Source: an uncultured Candidatus Bathyarchaeia archaeon (lineage in GTDB: Archaea > Thermoproteota > Bathyarchaeia > Bathyarchaeales > DTEX01). Taken from it: a DNA stretch of 64,000 bases. Shown here piece after piece: positions 26,972 through 36,482 of this stretch; within the stretch, counting starts at the first letter, position 1, and the number at the start of each line of letters is the position of its first letter. Position numbers and translations under genes: made by a program. A model generated the notes under the pieces. It did no database searches. It was not told the DNA's origin and saw only the letters and a program-made list of their open reading frames with translations. The stretch covers positions 6,287 through 70,286 of the forward strand of contig CAZPBM010000018.1 in assembly GCA_964584965.1 (NCBI GenBank), written 5' to 3'.

Positions 26972-27298
26972 ATTGTGACACCTTTGACCTTTCTAATATT
27001 CATTAAACACTAGAATATTTATTTTCTTCGTAAATCAGCATTAAACAACTTCACCAAAATAACCCTTGAATGCTCACAGAGCTGCAATAATGGGCGATGT
27101 TGCAAGCTACAGTCTAAAACACTTTCAATCCTTCGCTTAATACTTTGATTACCGTAACATTGCCTATATCCTCAACATTCTTAAGCTAATGATAGCCTCT
27201 TCATTTTAGAAAACCTTAATTACGTCACACCCCTTTATTTTTGAAGAACATTTGAAAAACTGCCTAAAATCCAGAATAATATAAGCTGGGATAAAGAG

Positions 27299-28126
27299 AC
27301 GAAAATTGCTGCTGGTTTAATAGGTTGCGGCTCCATCGGCACTGTTATAGCTGAAGCAATCGATAATGGAAAAGCGGGAGAAATTGAATTATTAGCTGTT
27401 TTCGACCTTATCAGAGAACATGCAGAGAAACTTGTTGAGGGATTAAGTAAAAAACCCGAAATAGCCAGTCACGCAGATGAACTCATTGAAAATAGCAAAA
27501 TACAAATCATTATAGAAGCAGCTTCACCTGAAGCGGTTAAACAATATTCCGCAAAAATACTCGCTCGAAACAAAGATTTAATGGTCATGAGCGCAGCTGC
27601 TCTTATAGAAGAAAATCTTTTTATGGAAATATCTGAAATCGCCAAGAAAAACGGAAGAAAGGTGTATGTACCCTCCGGCGCAATAGTGGGGCTAGATAAC
27701 ATAAAGTCTGCAGCTATAGGTAACATTGACCAAGTAACACTTACAACAAGAAAGCCGCCTCAAAGCTTCGAAGGCGCACCGCTTGTCAAAAAAAGAAAAA
27801 TCAACCTCTCTTCGCTAAAGAAGCCCATTATGCTATTCGAAGGGCCAGCGGGAGAAGCTGTTAAGCTTTTTCCACAAAATGTTAATGTATCAGCAACATT
27901 AAGCCTCGCCAGCATAGGACCTGATAAAACCAAGGTAAGAATCATCACTGATCCTAGGACAAAGACGATCTCGCACGAAATACATGTAAAAGGCGAATTT
28001 GGAGAACTTCAAACAAAGACTATTAACAGGCCTTTTCCAACAAACCCCAAGACAAGCTTCATCGCAGCCTTGTCTGCAATTGCAACTTTGAGGAAGTTAA
28101 GTGAAAACATTATTATTGGAACATGA
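27299..28126 (+). CDS. nadX: L-aspartate dehydrogenase (apparent ACG start)
   Basis: Open frame upstream of the ORF-track start gives KIAAGLIGCGSIG...IIIEAAS; PSGAIVGLD, FPQNVNV, NPKTS; upstream of nadC. Confidence 0.88.
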   Translation, partial: TKIAAGLIGCGSIGTVIAEAIDNGKAGEIELLAVFDLIREHAEKLVEGLSKKPEIASHADELIENSKIQIIIEAASPEAVKQYSAKILARNKDLMVMSAAALIEENLFMEISEIAKKNGRKVYVPSGAIVGLDNIKSAAIGNIDQVTLTTRKPPQSFEGAPLVKKRKINLSSLKKPIMLFEGPAGEAVKLFPQNVNVSATLSLASIGPDKTKVRIITDPRTKTISHEIHVKGEFGELQTKTINRPFPTNPKTSFIAALSAIATLRKLSENIIIGT

Positions 28127-28205
28127 AATTGAATTTAAGAGCCGTCTCTACTTTCAAGGATTTATATCGACTCTTCGTCAATTATAAAAAGGTAAGGTCG
28201 ATTCT

Positions 28206-29075
28206 ATGATGATGCCCAAAAGGATGCTTAAGAACGAGCTAAGAAGATTCCTAAGAGAAGATGTAGGACAAGGTGACATAACCACAGAGGCTATTGTCCC
28301 AAGAGGAACAAAAATACTAGCCCAAATTGTCCTAAAACAACCAGCAGTAGTTTGTGGCCTAAATGAAGCCAAAGTTTTGTTTGAAATGTTGGGAGTTAAG
28401 TTCTTCGAGAAAGTAAAAGACGGCGACGAGATAGCCACCGACACCGTTATCGCTGAAATAGAGGGTGACGGACAAAAAATTCTCACTGCGGAAAGAACGG
28501 CACTGAATCTTCTCATGCGAATGAGCGGGATTGCAACTGAGACTAGAAAACTATTAAAAGAAATACAGAAAATTGACCCAAAGATTAAGATCGCCGCCAC
28601 AAGAAAGACAGCTCCTGGACTTCGCTATTTTGATAAACAAGCTGTAATTGTCGGTGGAGGATATCCACATAGAATGAAACTTGACGATGCTTTTTTAGTC
28701 AAAGAAAATCATATTACGATCGCTGGAGGAATAAGAGAAGCACTTAAAAGAATCCAGCTTTCCTCATGTTCGTCAAAAAAAGTAGAGGTTGAGGCTAAAA
28801 CCAAGGAACAGGCAGTTCAAGCAGCGGAACTCGGAGTTGACATCGTTATGCTTGATAACATGTCCCCAAAAGAAGCTGCTGAAACTATAAAAGAATTAAG
28901 TGCAAGAAACCTTAGACATAAGGTTCAAATCGAAATATCCGGCGGCGTAACGTCAGAAAATCTTATTTCTTATGCGATGCTTGAACCAGACATCATATCT
29001 TTAGGTTTATTGACTCATTCCGTTAGGGCAGTTGACATGAGCCTCGAAGTAATAAAGGTAAACATGCCATCGTGA
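28206..29075 (+). CDS. nadC: Nicotinate-nucleotide pyrophosphorylase (quinolinate phosphoribosyltransferase)
   Basis: EDVGQGDITT, ERTALN, TRKTAPG, HRMKLDD, MLDNM, ISGG. Confidence 0.96.
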   Translation: MMMPKRMLKNELRRFLREDVGQGDITTEAIVPRGTKILAQIVLKQPAVVCGLNEAKVLFEMLGVKFFEKVKDGDEIATDTVIAEIEGDGQKILTAERTALNLLMRMSGIATETRKLLKEIQKIDPKIKIAATRKTAPGLRYFDKQAVIVGGGYPHRMKLDDAFLVKENHITIAGGIREALKRIQLSSCSSKKVEVEAKTKEQAVQAAELGVDIVMLDNMSPKEAAETIKELSARNLRHKVQIEISGGVTSENLISYAMLEPDIISLGLLTHSVRAVDMSLEVIKVNMPS

Positions 29076-29081
29076 TGCTAC

Positions 29082-30293
29082 CTAATTCAGTGCCTTTCTA
29101 ACCATTTCCATGACAATTTTAGCTGGCGCATCAGTCTTGAAACCGCGACTATGAAAATGCGTAAACCATACTTTATGATTGTTCTCGCGTAACAAGGAAA
29201 TGACTTTAGCAAGAGGAGGAATTGGAATACTCAATTTATCACAGATGTAGTCGACAACAAAATATGTTGGAGGAGCATCCGATTCATCCTTAATGAGCCT
29301 AACAATTTTTCTAATTCTGTTTTCATCTCCTGTTCTTTTTTGGCACACCTCAATTTCTACAAGTTCACAAAAATCTTTATCAGCAATTTTACCAACCCAT
29401 AACGGACCAGCAAACCTCAAAGTCGATCCACATTCATCGCATTCTAAAGAATTCTTGGGATGAGTCCAAAATACTACTTTTCTGTTGAGACATTCAAAAC
29501 AATGGTAAATGAACCCTATGTTCTTAAGGCTTCGATTGGTTGTTTTTGCGCCTCGGCCGATTTGAGCATAGACTCTGACGTAGTGATTGTTCTTATGGCT
29601 AAAAATGATGTTGACTCCAATGTCTTGTTTTGCTGCAGAAAAAGCGAGACAGCCTACAAGTAGCCTTAAAGCAATCTCTTGGGAATATTCAGTTCTTAAA
29701 GAAAAACCTCCATACTTTCTGAGAGCTGCAGTAGGATACACTCCGCACAACGGCGCAAGGTCGGTTGCGGTTAAAGCTAAAACGCCTTTGTTTTTTAAGG
29801 CTCTTATTGCTGAATCTAGAAAATGAACTGGCGTTCCAAATGGATCTATATCAATGTAATCGAACCTTTTGTGCGGTGCGTCATGCTGGCTTAGGAACAG
29901 GTTTGCATCTTCATTAGTCAAAAACACAGCGTCGTCAACGTCATTTACCTCGATGTTGTGCTTGATTAATTTGAATGCTTCTGGATTAATGTCGTTAAGG
30001 TGAACTTCATTGAGTCCACTGACTTCTTTAGCAAACCTTATACCTCTTACTCCACAGCCAGCTAAAGGCTCAGATACTACAAGATTTCTGTTCACGATTC
30101 TTTGATAAGTTTGTAAAATTAGTATAGCTATGTCTCGGTTCAACTTCATGGACGGATTATAGAAAACTGGAACCTTCGAAGGCGCACAATTCTTCAAAGT
30201 TTTCATCTGACAAAAATCAGGAACAAAAAACTCAGTTGTTCCTTCAACAATTTTTTTAACAGGAAAAAGACATTCGCCAAATTTTTCTGACAT
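29082..30293 (-). CDS. trm1: tRNA (guanine-N2)-dimethyltransferase
   Basis: VFYNPSMKLNRD, GVRGIR, DIDPFGTP, TATD, GPLW, THF. Confidence 0.95.
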   Translation of the reverse strand: MSEKFGECLFPVKKIVEGTTEFFVPDFCQMKTLKNCAPSKVPVFYNPSMKLNRDIAILILQTYQRIVNRNLVVSEPLAGCGVRGIRFAKEVSGLNEVHLNDINPEAFKLIKHNIEVNDVDDAVFLTNEDANLFLSQHDAPHKRFDYIDIDPFGTPVHFLDSAIRALKNKGVLALTATDLAPLCGVYPTAALRKYGGFSLRTEYSQEIALRLLVGCLAFSAAKQDIGVNIIFSHKNNHYVRVYAQIGRGAKTTNRSLKNIGFIYHCFECLNRKVVFWTHPKNSLECDECGSTLRFAGPLWVGKIADKDFCELVEIEVCQKRTGDENRIRKIVRLIKDESDAPPTYFVVDYICDKLSIPIPPLAKVISLLRENNHKVWFTHFHSRGFKTDAPAKIVMEMVRKALN

Positions 30294-30437
30294 TTCAATC
30301 GTGTGGTATTGGTTTAATTACGCTAAAAAGGTTTTTTCGATAGCGCCAACATACTGTTCTATATTTTCTATGGCAATCGTTTTATTATTCCTTTCGTATT
30401 TTTATTTGCACGAATCCACGATCAGGAGAAGTCGTAA

Positions 30438-31421
30438 TTGAATTTCACAGAGTTTGGATGGAACGGGTTAAACTTTGAGGTACCCGATGACGCCCGTTTT
30501 ACACGCTTTGCAGGCGACGCTAAAAGGGGTTCCTTTGTGTTCGAATCTGACGAATATCTTATTGAAGGAAAATGGGAACCCATACCAAAAAGGCGTCAAT
30601 CCATCTCGGTTATTGCGACAACTCTGATCGAGAAAATGGGAGAACAATACAGCAAAAAAAGAGGACGGCTTAGCAGCCGAGCTATAAAAGTGCTGGAAAA
30701 AAGAGACGCTCGAGTTTATACGCACGATGCCCTTTTCATGGTAGTAAAAGAGCAAGTTGATGAACGTTTTTATTTTTGGTATTGCGACGAAAGCAACCGA
30801 ATTATAATTGTGAGGTTCATTTTCAAAACATTTGATGAAACTTCAAAAAAAATAATTAGGAAAAATATCGAAAGTTTCATTTGCCACAAAGAAGGCCCAA
30901 ATGTTTGGTCTCTTCTAAGCTTCCGTTTTGAAGCGCCAAAGGATTTTTATTTAACTGAAGCCAAAATTGCGGTTGGCAGAGCTCATTTTGTTCTAACAGC
31001 GAAAAAGGTATCATCGTTTTCAGAAAAGATATCAAGTTTAATTGTTGATTATTATTCTTTGGCGAACGTCGTTTTCAAAGATACGTATAATAATATCGAC
31101 GAATGGTTTAAGAAAAACTATGAGAAAGACCTTTTCAGACAATTGAAAAAACGTAAAATTAAGTTTGTACCTGCAGAACAGAGAAAACTTTCGACCCACA
31201 ACTTAGTAATCAAAGAAGGCATCAGCAAATCTGGATTGTCTTGGAGAAGCACAACTTTGTATTCAAATTTGTCGTGGTATTGCCAAGAATCAAACCGCAT
31301 CTACACAGTTACTATTGCATCAAGCCTTTCTAAACCAATTTTCTTGAAACGAAAAATGTCAGAAATTGAAAATGCTGACTTATTGGAAAGTTTTTTGTCA
31401 TCGTTTAAATGCCACTTATAG
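30438..31421 (+). CDS. Conserved hypothetical protein with two-repeat architecture
   Basis: Internal duplication: FGW.G..FEVP...WYCDESNRI...SFICH and WSLLSFRFEAP...WYCQESNRI...SFKCH. Confidence 0.7.
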   Translation: MNFTEFGWNGLNFEVPDDARFTRFAGDAKRGSFVFESDEYLIEGKWEPIPKRRQSISVIATTLIEKMGEQYSKKRGRLSSRAIKVLEKRDARVYTHDALFMVVKEQVDERFYFWYCDESNRIIIVRFIFKTFDETSKKIIRKNIESFICHKEGPNVWSLLSFRFEAPKDFYLTEAKIAVGRAHFVLTAKKVSSFSEKISSLIVDYYSLANVVFKDTYNNIDEWFKKNYEKDLFRQLKKRKIKFVPAEQRKLSTHNLVIKEGISKSGLSWRSTTLYSNLSWYCQESNRIYTVTIASSLSKPIFLKRKMSEIENADLLESFLSSFKCHL

Positions 31422-31477
31422 ATAAAAACAAGATTTTGTAAAATGCCAAATTACTACACAGGGTGATGTAACCATTT

Positions 31478-31984
31478 CTATGGATTATCTACCTTTTTCT
31501 TTTCTTCCTCAGTTTCTTTTTTGCCAAATTTAGACGCCACTTCTTCTGGGATTAGGAATGCTATAAGCCCACGTTTAGCAAGCTCGTTAAAATATGAGTT
31601 TAAGGAGATTTCAGCCTCACTTGGAAGCATTTTATATTTTAAACATAATTGGTCAACAATTTCTTTTGTGGTTCTTTTTCCATCACACAGTTCCCAGACG
31701 ATTGAGCCAACAGTATCAAGGTGGATTTTTTTCTGCCGCGTTTGAGGAGACGCTGAAGGAAACAGGCTTCTTTTTGGACGCCGTCTCCTAAGTTTTTCTT
31801 GTTCTTCTTTTTCGTCCTTTTTCACTTCCCGCTCGATGATCAAAGTTATATTATTATTTTCGTCTCTTTCCTGCTTCAACGTTGGGTTAGGAACAGGAAT
31901 TATTTTCAGGAAATCACTTCTGGAGATTGGTGGAGCCTTTTCCTTCTTTTTTCCCCGAAGCCTATCCAAAATCATGTTCATCAT
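31478..31984 (-). CDS. PqqD-family (RiPP recognition element-like) protein
   Basis: IHLDTVGSIVWELCDGKRTTKEIVDQL...FNELAKRGLI. Confidence 0.85.
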   Translation of the reverse strand: MMNMILDRLRGKKKEKAPPISRSDFLKIIPVPNPTLKQERDENNNITLIIEREVKKDEKEEQEKLRRRRPKRSLFPSASPQTRQKKIHLDTVGSIVWELCDGKRTTKEIVDQLCLKYKMLPSEAEISLNSYFNELAKRGLIAFLIPEEVASKFGKKETEEEKKKVDNP

Positions 31985-32192
31985 TCCAGCATAGAATTTT
32001 CCCTTTGTATCTTAAAAAACTAATCTATATAAAAACGGTGTAACTTTTGAGCAGTCACTATTAACGCAAATACTTTTAATCAGACTAAACATATTTTTCG
32101 AAAGAATGTATCGCTATATCCTCAAAAAGGTATAACAAAACAAGCCAATGAATTGATTTGAGCTCTTGTTGAAAGTTCAAAGGTGATGAAAA

Positions 32193-34073
32193 ATAAAGTC
32201 AAAAGTAATCTTTCAACCTTACGGAAAAAGGATTGAAACACGTATAGGCGACACACTTCTCGATATCGCAAGAACTATCGGCATTAATCTTAGTTCTATT
32301 TGCGGAGGAGAAGGACTATGCGGAAAATGCAGAATCATCATACGTTCAGGAAAGGAGCATCTGTCAGATCCCTCGCAGTCTGAAAAACACGTATTTTCTA
32401 AAAAGGAACTATCTTCAGGTTTCAGATTGGCGTGTCAGGTAAAAGTAAGGAAAAGCGGCACAGTTGTCGTCGAAGTCCCATCTGAAAGTTTACTGGATCA
32501 GCAGAGACTACTATTTAAGGGCCTAGAGAAAAAAGTTAAGTTGAAACCCGCAATAAGAAACGTTGTTGTTACTCTCAAAAGCCCTTCACTGAAGGATTGT
32601 CAATCTGATGTTGATCGGCTCCTAGACACATTAAAGCCAGAAACTGGCTGTCAACTAAATCTTGACTTTGAGGCTTTAAAGAAGATTCCCATTGTTATCC
32701 GAGAAAAAGATTGGGTTGTTACTGCCACTATTTGGAAAAATCAGGAACTAATTAGTATTCAGCCTGGAAAGGTTTCCGCTAGCTACGGGTTCGCTGTCGA
32801 TGTTGGTACAACCAAGCTTGCTGGTTACCTTTTGGACTTAAGCAATGGCGAAATCGTGGCTTCAGCTTCGACTATGAACCCTCAAATTCCTTTCGGAGAA
32901 GACGTAATCTCAAGAATACGGTTCATAATGGAAAATCCTGAAAATCTTTTGCAGCTACAAAGGTCTGTCATTGTTGGTATCAATAAATTAATTGACGAAA
33001 CATGTAAAGAAGCAAATGTGTTGGCAGAAAACATTTATGATTTTTGTTTTGCTGGGAACACTGCAATGCATCACATTTTTCTTGGCATTCCTCCAAACCA
33101 CGTATCTCTAATGCCTTACCCACCAGCTTTGCAGTCCTCTGTTGATGTCAAGGCAAGAGAGATTTCTCTGAAAATAGCAAAAGGAGCATACGTTCACGCT
33201 TTACCGACGATTGCAGGGTTTGTTGGAGGAGACGCTGTGGCAGATATTCTTGCAACTGAAATACACAAGGCTAACGAGCTTTCGATGCTTATTGATATCG
33301 GAACAAACACCGAAATAATTCTCGGTAACAAAAATAAACTTGTGGCGTGTTCTTGCGCCTCCGGTCCTGCTTTTGAAGGTGCACACATCAAACATGGCAT
33401 GAGGGCGTCTAACGGCGCTATCGAGCAGATATGGATAAACCCTGACAACTTTGAAGTTAGATATAAAACGGTTGAAGGAGATAAACCTCGTGGGTTATGC
33501 GGGTCAGCCATTGTTGACGCTGTAGCTGAGCTTCTAAAAAACAAACTAATCGATAATAATGGAAGGTTTAACAGAAACATTAACACACCAAGGTTAAGAA
33601 TTATGGGAAAATCTTCTGAGTTTGTGATCGCCTGGCAGAATGAAAGTTTGACTGAAACGGATATTTCAGTGACACAGGAAGATATCAGAGTGGTTCAATT
33701 AGCAAAAGCCGCGATCTACACTGGTTCTTATATTTTGATGAAACATTTAGGAGCTACGTTCAACGATATTGAGAAAATGTATCTAGCTGGGGCGTTTGGA
33801 ACCTATGTGGATCCGTTAAACGCAAAGGTCATAGGCATGTACCCAGATATTCCGCTTGAGAAGGTTCAGTTCGTAGGCAACACATCTGGTTCAGGTGCGA
33901 GGATGGCGCTTCTTTCTGTTGATGTTCGCGAGGAAGCTCAAAAAATCGCGAGATCCGTTGAGTATATAGAGTTAGGTGCTGATCTAAACTTTCAAAACGA
34001 GTTCCTAAAGGCAACATACTTACCACACAAAGAGTTAGACCGATTTCCAAGCGTAGCAAGAATAGTTAATTAA
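32193..34073 (+). CDS. Reductive activator of corrinoid proteins (RACo; 2Fe-2S + ASKHA), apparent ATA start
   Basis: Upstream in-frame KVIFQPYGKR...CGGEGLCGKC...RLACQ ferredoxin domain; DVGTTK, DIGTNTE, GPAFEG, GLCGS, LAGAFG. Confidence 0.9.
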   Translation: MKSKVIFQPYGKRIETRIGDTLLDIARTIGINLSSICGGEGLCGKCRIIIRSGKEHLSDPSQSEKHVFSKKELSSGFRLACQVKVRKSGTVVVEVPSESLLDQQRLLFKGLEKKVKLKPAIRNVVVTLKSPSLKDCQSDVDRLLDTLKPETGCQLNLDFEALKKIPIVIREKDWVVTATIWKNQELISIQPGKVSASYGFAVDVGTTKLAGYLLDLSNGEIVASASTMNPQIPFGEDVISRIRFIMENPENLLQLQRSVIVGINKLIDETCKEANVLAENIYDFCFAGNTAMHHIFLGIPPNHVSLMPYPPALQSSVDVKAREISLKIAKGAYVHALPTIAGFVGGDAVADILATEIHKANELSMLIDIGTNTEIILGNKNKLVACSCASGPAFEGAHIKHGMRASNGAIEQIWINPDNFEVRYKTVEGDKPRGLCGSAIVDAVAELLKNKLIDNNGRFNRNINTPRLRIMGKSSEFVIAWQNESLTETDISVTQEDIRVVQLAKAAIYTGSYILMKHLGATFNDIEKMYLAGAFGTYVDPLNAKVIGMYPDIPLEKVQFVGNTSGSGARMALLSVDVREEAQKIARSVEYIELGADLNFQNEFLKATYLPHKELDRFPSVARIVN

Positions 34074-34181
34074 ACTGAAAATGCCCAAAACAAATCAACT
34101 TTTTTGATATGAAAACATAAAAACGCAACTCCAATATTTTTGAAGGTGAATAGAGCATTAGCGAATGGTTGAGGAAATTTC

Positions 34182-35349
34182 ATGAAAATTGCAAAGAGAA
34201 TGCAGTTGATTGAGCCTTCTGGCACGATCGCTATGGCTGAAAAGGCTCGCGAATTGCAGAAAGCAGGTCGAAGGATTCTAAATTTAGATGTTGGAGAACC
34301 TGACTTTGACACGCCTGAACACATAAAGCAAGTAGCCATTGAGGCTATTAGAAGCGGATTCACCCATTATACGTCAAGTAAAGGAATCCTTGAACTTAGA
34401 CAAGCAATTGCTGACGACCTCTCCTCTCGAAACATCAATGCAAATCCGGATAGTGAAATAATCGTAACCCCTGGTGGAAAACATGCTTTGTACTGTGCTT
34501 GTCTGGCTACTTTGGATCCTGAAGACGAGGTTTTAGTTCTCGCTCCAACTTGGCCTACTCATTTTCAATGTGTTGAGTGTGCTGATGCCCGTGCAATCGA
34601 AGTTTCATGTGGTCCTTCTTACGTTTTAGATGAAGAAGCCTTAAAAAACAAAATAACAAGGAAATCCAAAATGATTTTGGTAGGTTCTCCAAACAATCCA
34701 ACCGGAGGCGTAATAAGCCCTGAAGAGATTAAGGTTATCGTCGACCTCGCAGTTGACTATGACTTGCTTGTTCTTTCAGATGAGATTTATGACCGCATAG
34801 TCTATGACGGGGTAAAAATTCGTAGTCCTGCATCATTCCGATGATTGTAGGGAAAGATGTATTGTCATAAATGGTTTCAGCAAAGCGTACGCGATGACCG
34901 GTTGGAGAATTGGCTATGCTTTTGCGGATAAAGATATAATCGACGCAATGGTAAGAATCCAACAGTCGACAACAACTTGTCCAGCTAGCTTTGTTCAAAA
35001 AGCGGGAGTTGCAGCGCTTAGAGGACCTCAAGATATTATCTCGAAGATGATTCAGGAATACGACAGAAGAAGAAAATTCATCGTCAACCAACTTAATGAC
35101 ATAACGGGTTTAAAGTGTAATATGCCTAAGGGTGCATTCTACGTTTTTCCAAAAATTGAGAAAACAGGAATTTCGAGTCTCGAATTTTGCAGCAAGCTGC
35201 TTGAACGGGAAGGCGTATCTACGACTCCTGGCAGTGTTTTTGGCGAAAGCAGCGAAGGCTATGTTCGTATGTCGTATGCCACGAACCTTGAAATAATAGG
35301 AGAAGCCGTTAAAAAGATTAAGGGATTCGTTGAAAATTATATAAAGTAA
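34182..35349 (+). pseudogene. aspC: Class I/II PLP aminotransferase (aspartate aminotransferase-like) with one frameshift
   Basis: GEPDF, SPNNPTG, SDEIYD, then an extra base at about 34838, then GFSKAYAMTGWRIG; may be a sequencing error. Confidence 0.85.
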
Positions 35350-35363
35350 ATTGGTGAAAAAAG

Positions 35364-36455
35364 ATGTTTGACAAGAAATCGATAGAATTTCTAAAGAACA
35401 TGACCGAGTCTTTTGGACCGTCAGGTTTTGAAAGAGAAACTGCTGGAATAATTAAACAATATATGAAGCCTTTTTTAGACGACATTATTACGGATAAGCT
35501 TGGCTCAATCGTTTTTGTAGCTAAAGGCGAACAGGAAAAACCGCGGGTTCTTCTTGCTGGGCACATTGACGAGGTTGGTTTCGTAGTTTCAGGTATCGAC
35601 GAAAACACAGGATTTCTTACATTTAACCCTATTGGAGGATGGTGGGATCAAGTCTTACTTTCTCAAAAAGTCGTAATAAGGACAGCGAAAAGCGACATAT
35701 ATGGAGTCATTTCTTCCAAACCCCCTCACCTCTTAACAGACGAGGAGCGTACTAAAGTTTTCACGCAGGATAAGATGCTTATCGACATTGGTGCAACATC
35801 TAAAAAAGAGGCAGAAGAGGCGGGAGTCAGAATCGGAGACCCAATAGTTCCCTTTTCACCATTTAGCTTAATTCGTGATGGAAAAGTGGCTATGGGAAAA
35901 GCCTTCGATGATCGGCTTGGTGCTTTTGTAATAATGGAATCAATTAGACGCATAAAGGAGGAAAAGATTTCTCACCCAAACATTGTATATGGCGCTGCAA
36001 CAGTGCAGGAAGAAGTTGGCTTGAGAGGTGCACAAACTGTGGCTCACCTCGTTAACCCTGATGTTGGGATTGTTTTAGAAGTTGATATTGCCGGAGATGT
36101 TCCAAGTGTGAAGCCTCACGAGGCACCTTCTAAAATGGGTAAAGGTCCAAGTCTGCTGACCTATGACCGAACGATGATTCCTAATCAGCCATTTAAGGAG
36201 TTTGTCTGGAAAACATCTCAAGACGCCGGGATTCCGCTTCAGCTTTCTCAAGTTGCTCGAGGAGGAACGGATGCTGGCAGAATTCACCTTGACAGGGCTG
36301 GTTGTCCAAGCATCGTTATAAGCGTTCCAACGAGACACATTCACAGCCATGTCGGCCTGTTTAGCCTTGAAGATGCAGAGAACGCCATTAAACTCGTTAT
36401 TGAGATAATAAAAAGGCTTGACATGAAGACTGTAGAAAACTTTACAAAAATCTAG
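35364..36455 (+). CDS. M42 family aminopeptidase (TET)
   Basis: GHIDEVG, KAFDDR, QEEVGLRGA, GGTDAG, RHIHS. Confidence 0.95.
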   Translation: MFDKKSIEFLKNMTESFGPSGFERETAGIIKQYMKPFLDDIITDKLGSIVFVAKGEQEKPRVLLAGHIDEVGFVVSGIDENTGFLTFNPIGGWWDQVLLSQKVVIRTAKSDIYGVISSKPPHLLTDEERTKVFTQDKMLIDIGATSKKEAEEAGVRIGDPIVPFSPFSLIRDGKVAMGKAFDDRLGAFVIMESIRRIKEEKISHPNIVYGAATVQEEVGLRGAQTVAHLVNPDVGIVLEVDIAGDVPSVKPHEAPSKMGKGPSLLTYDRTMIPNQPFKEFVWKTSQDAGIPLQLSQVARGGTDAGRIHLDRAGCPSIVISVPTRHIHSHVGLFSLEDAENAIKLVIEIIKRLDMKTVENFTKI

Positions 36456-36482
36456 ACTAAATTAGTAAATAAAGGTTCAAAG

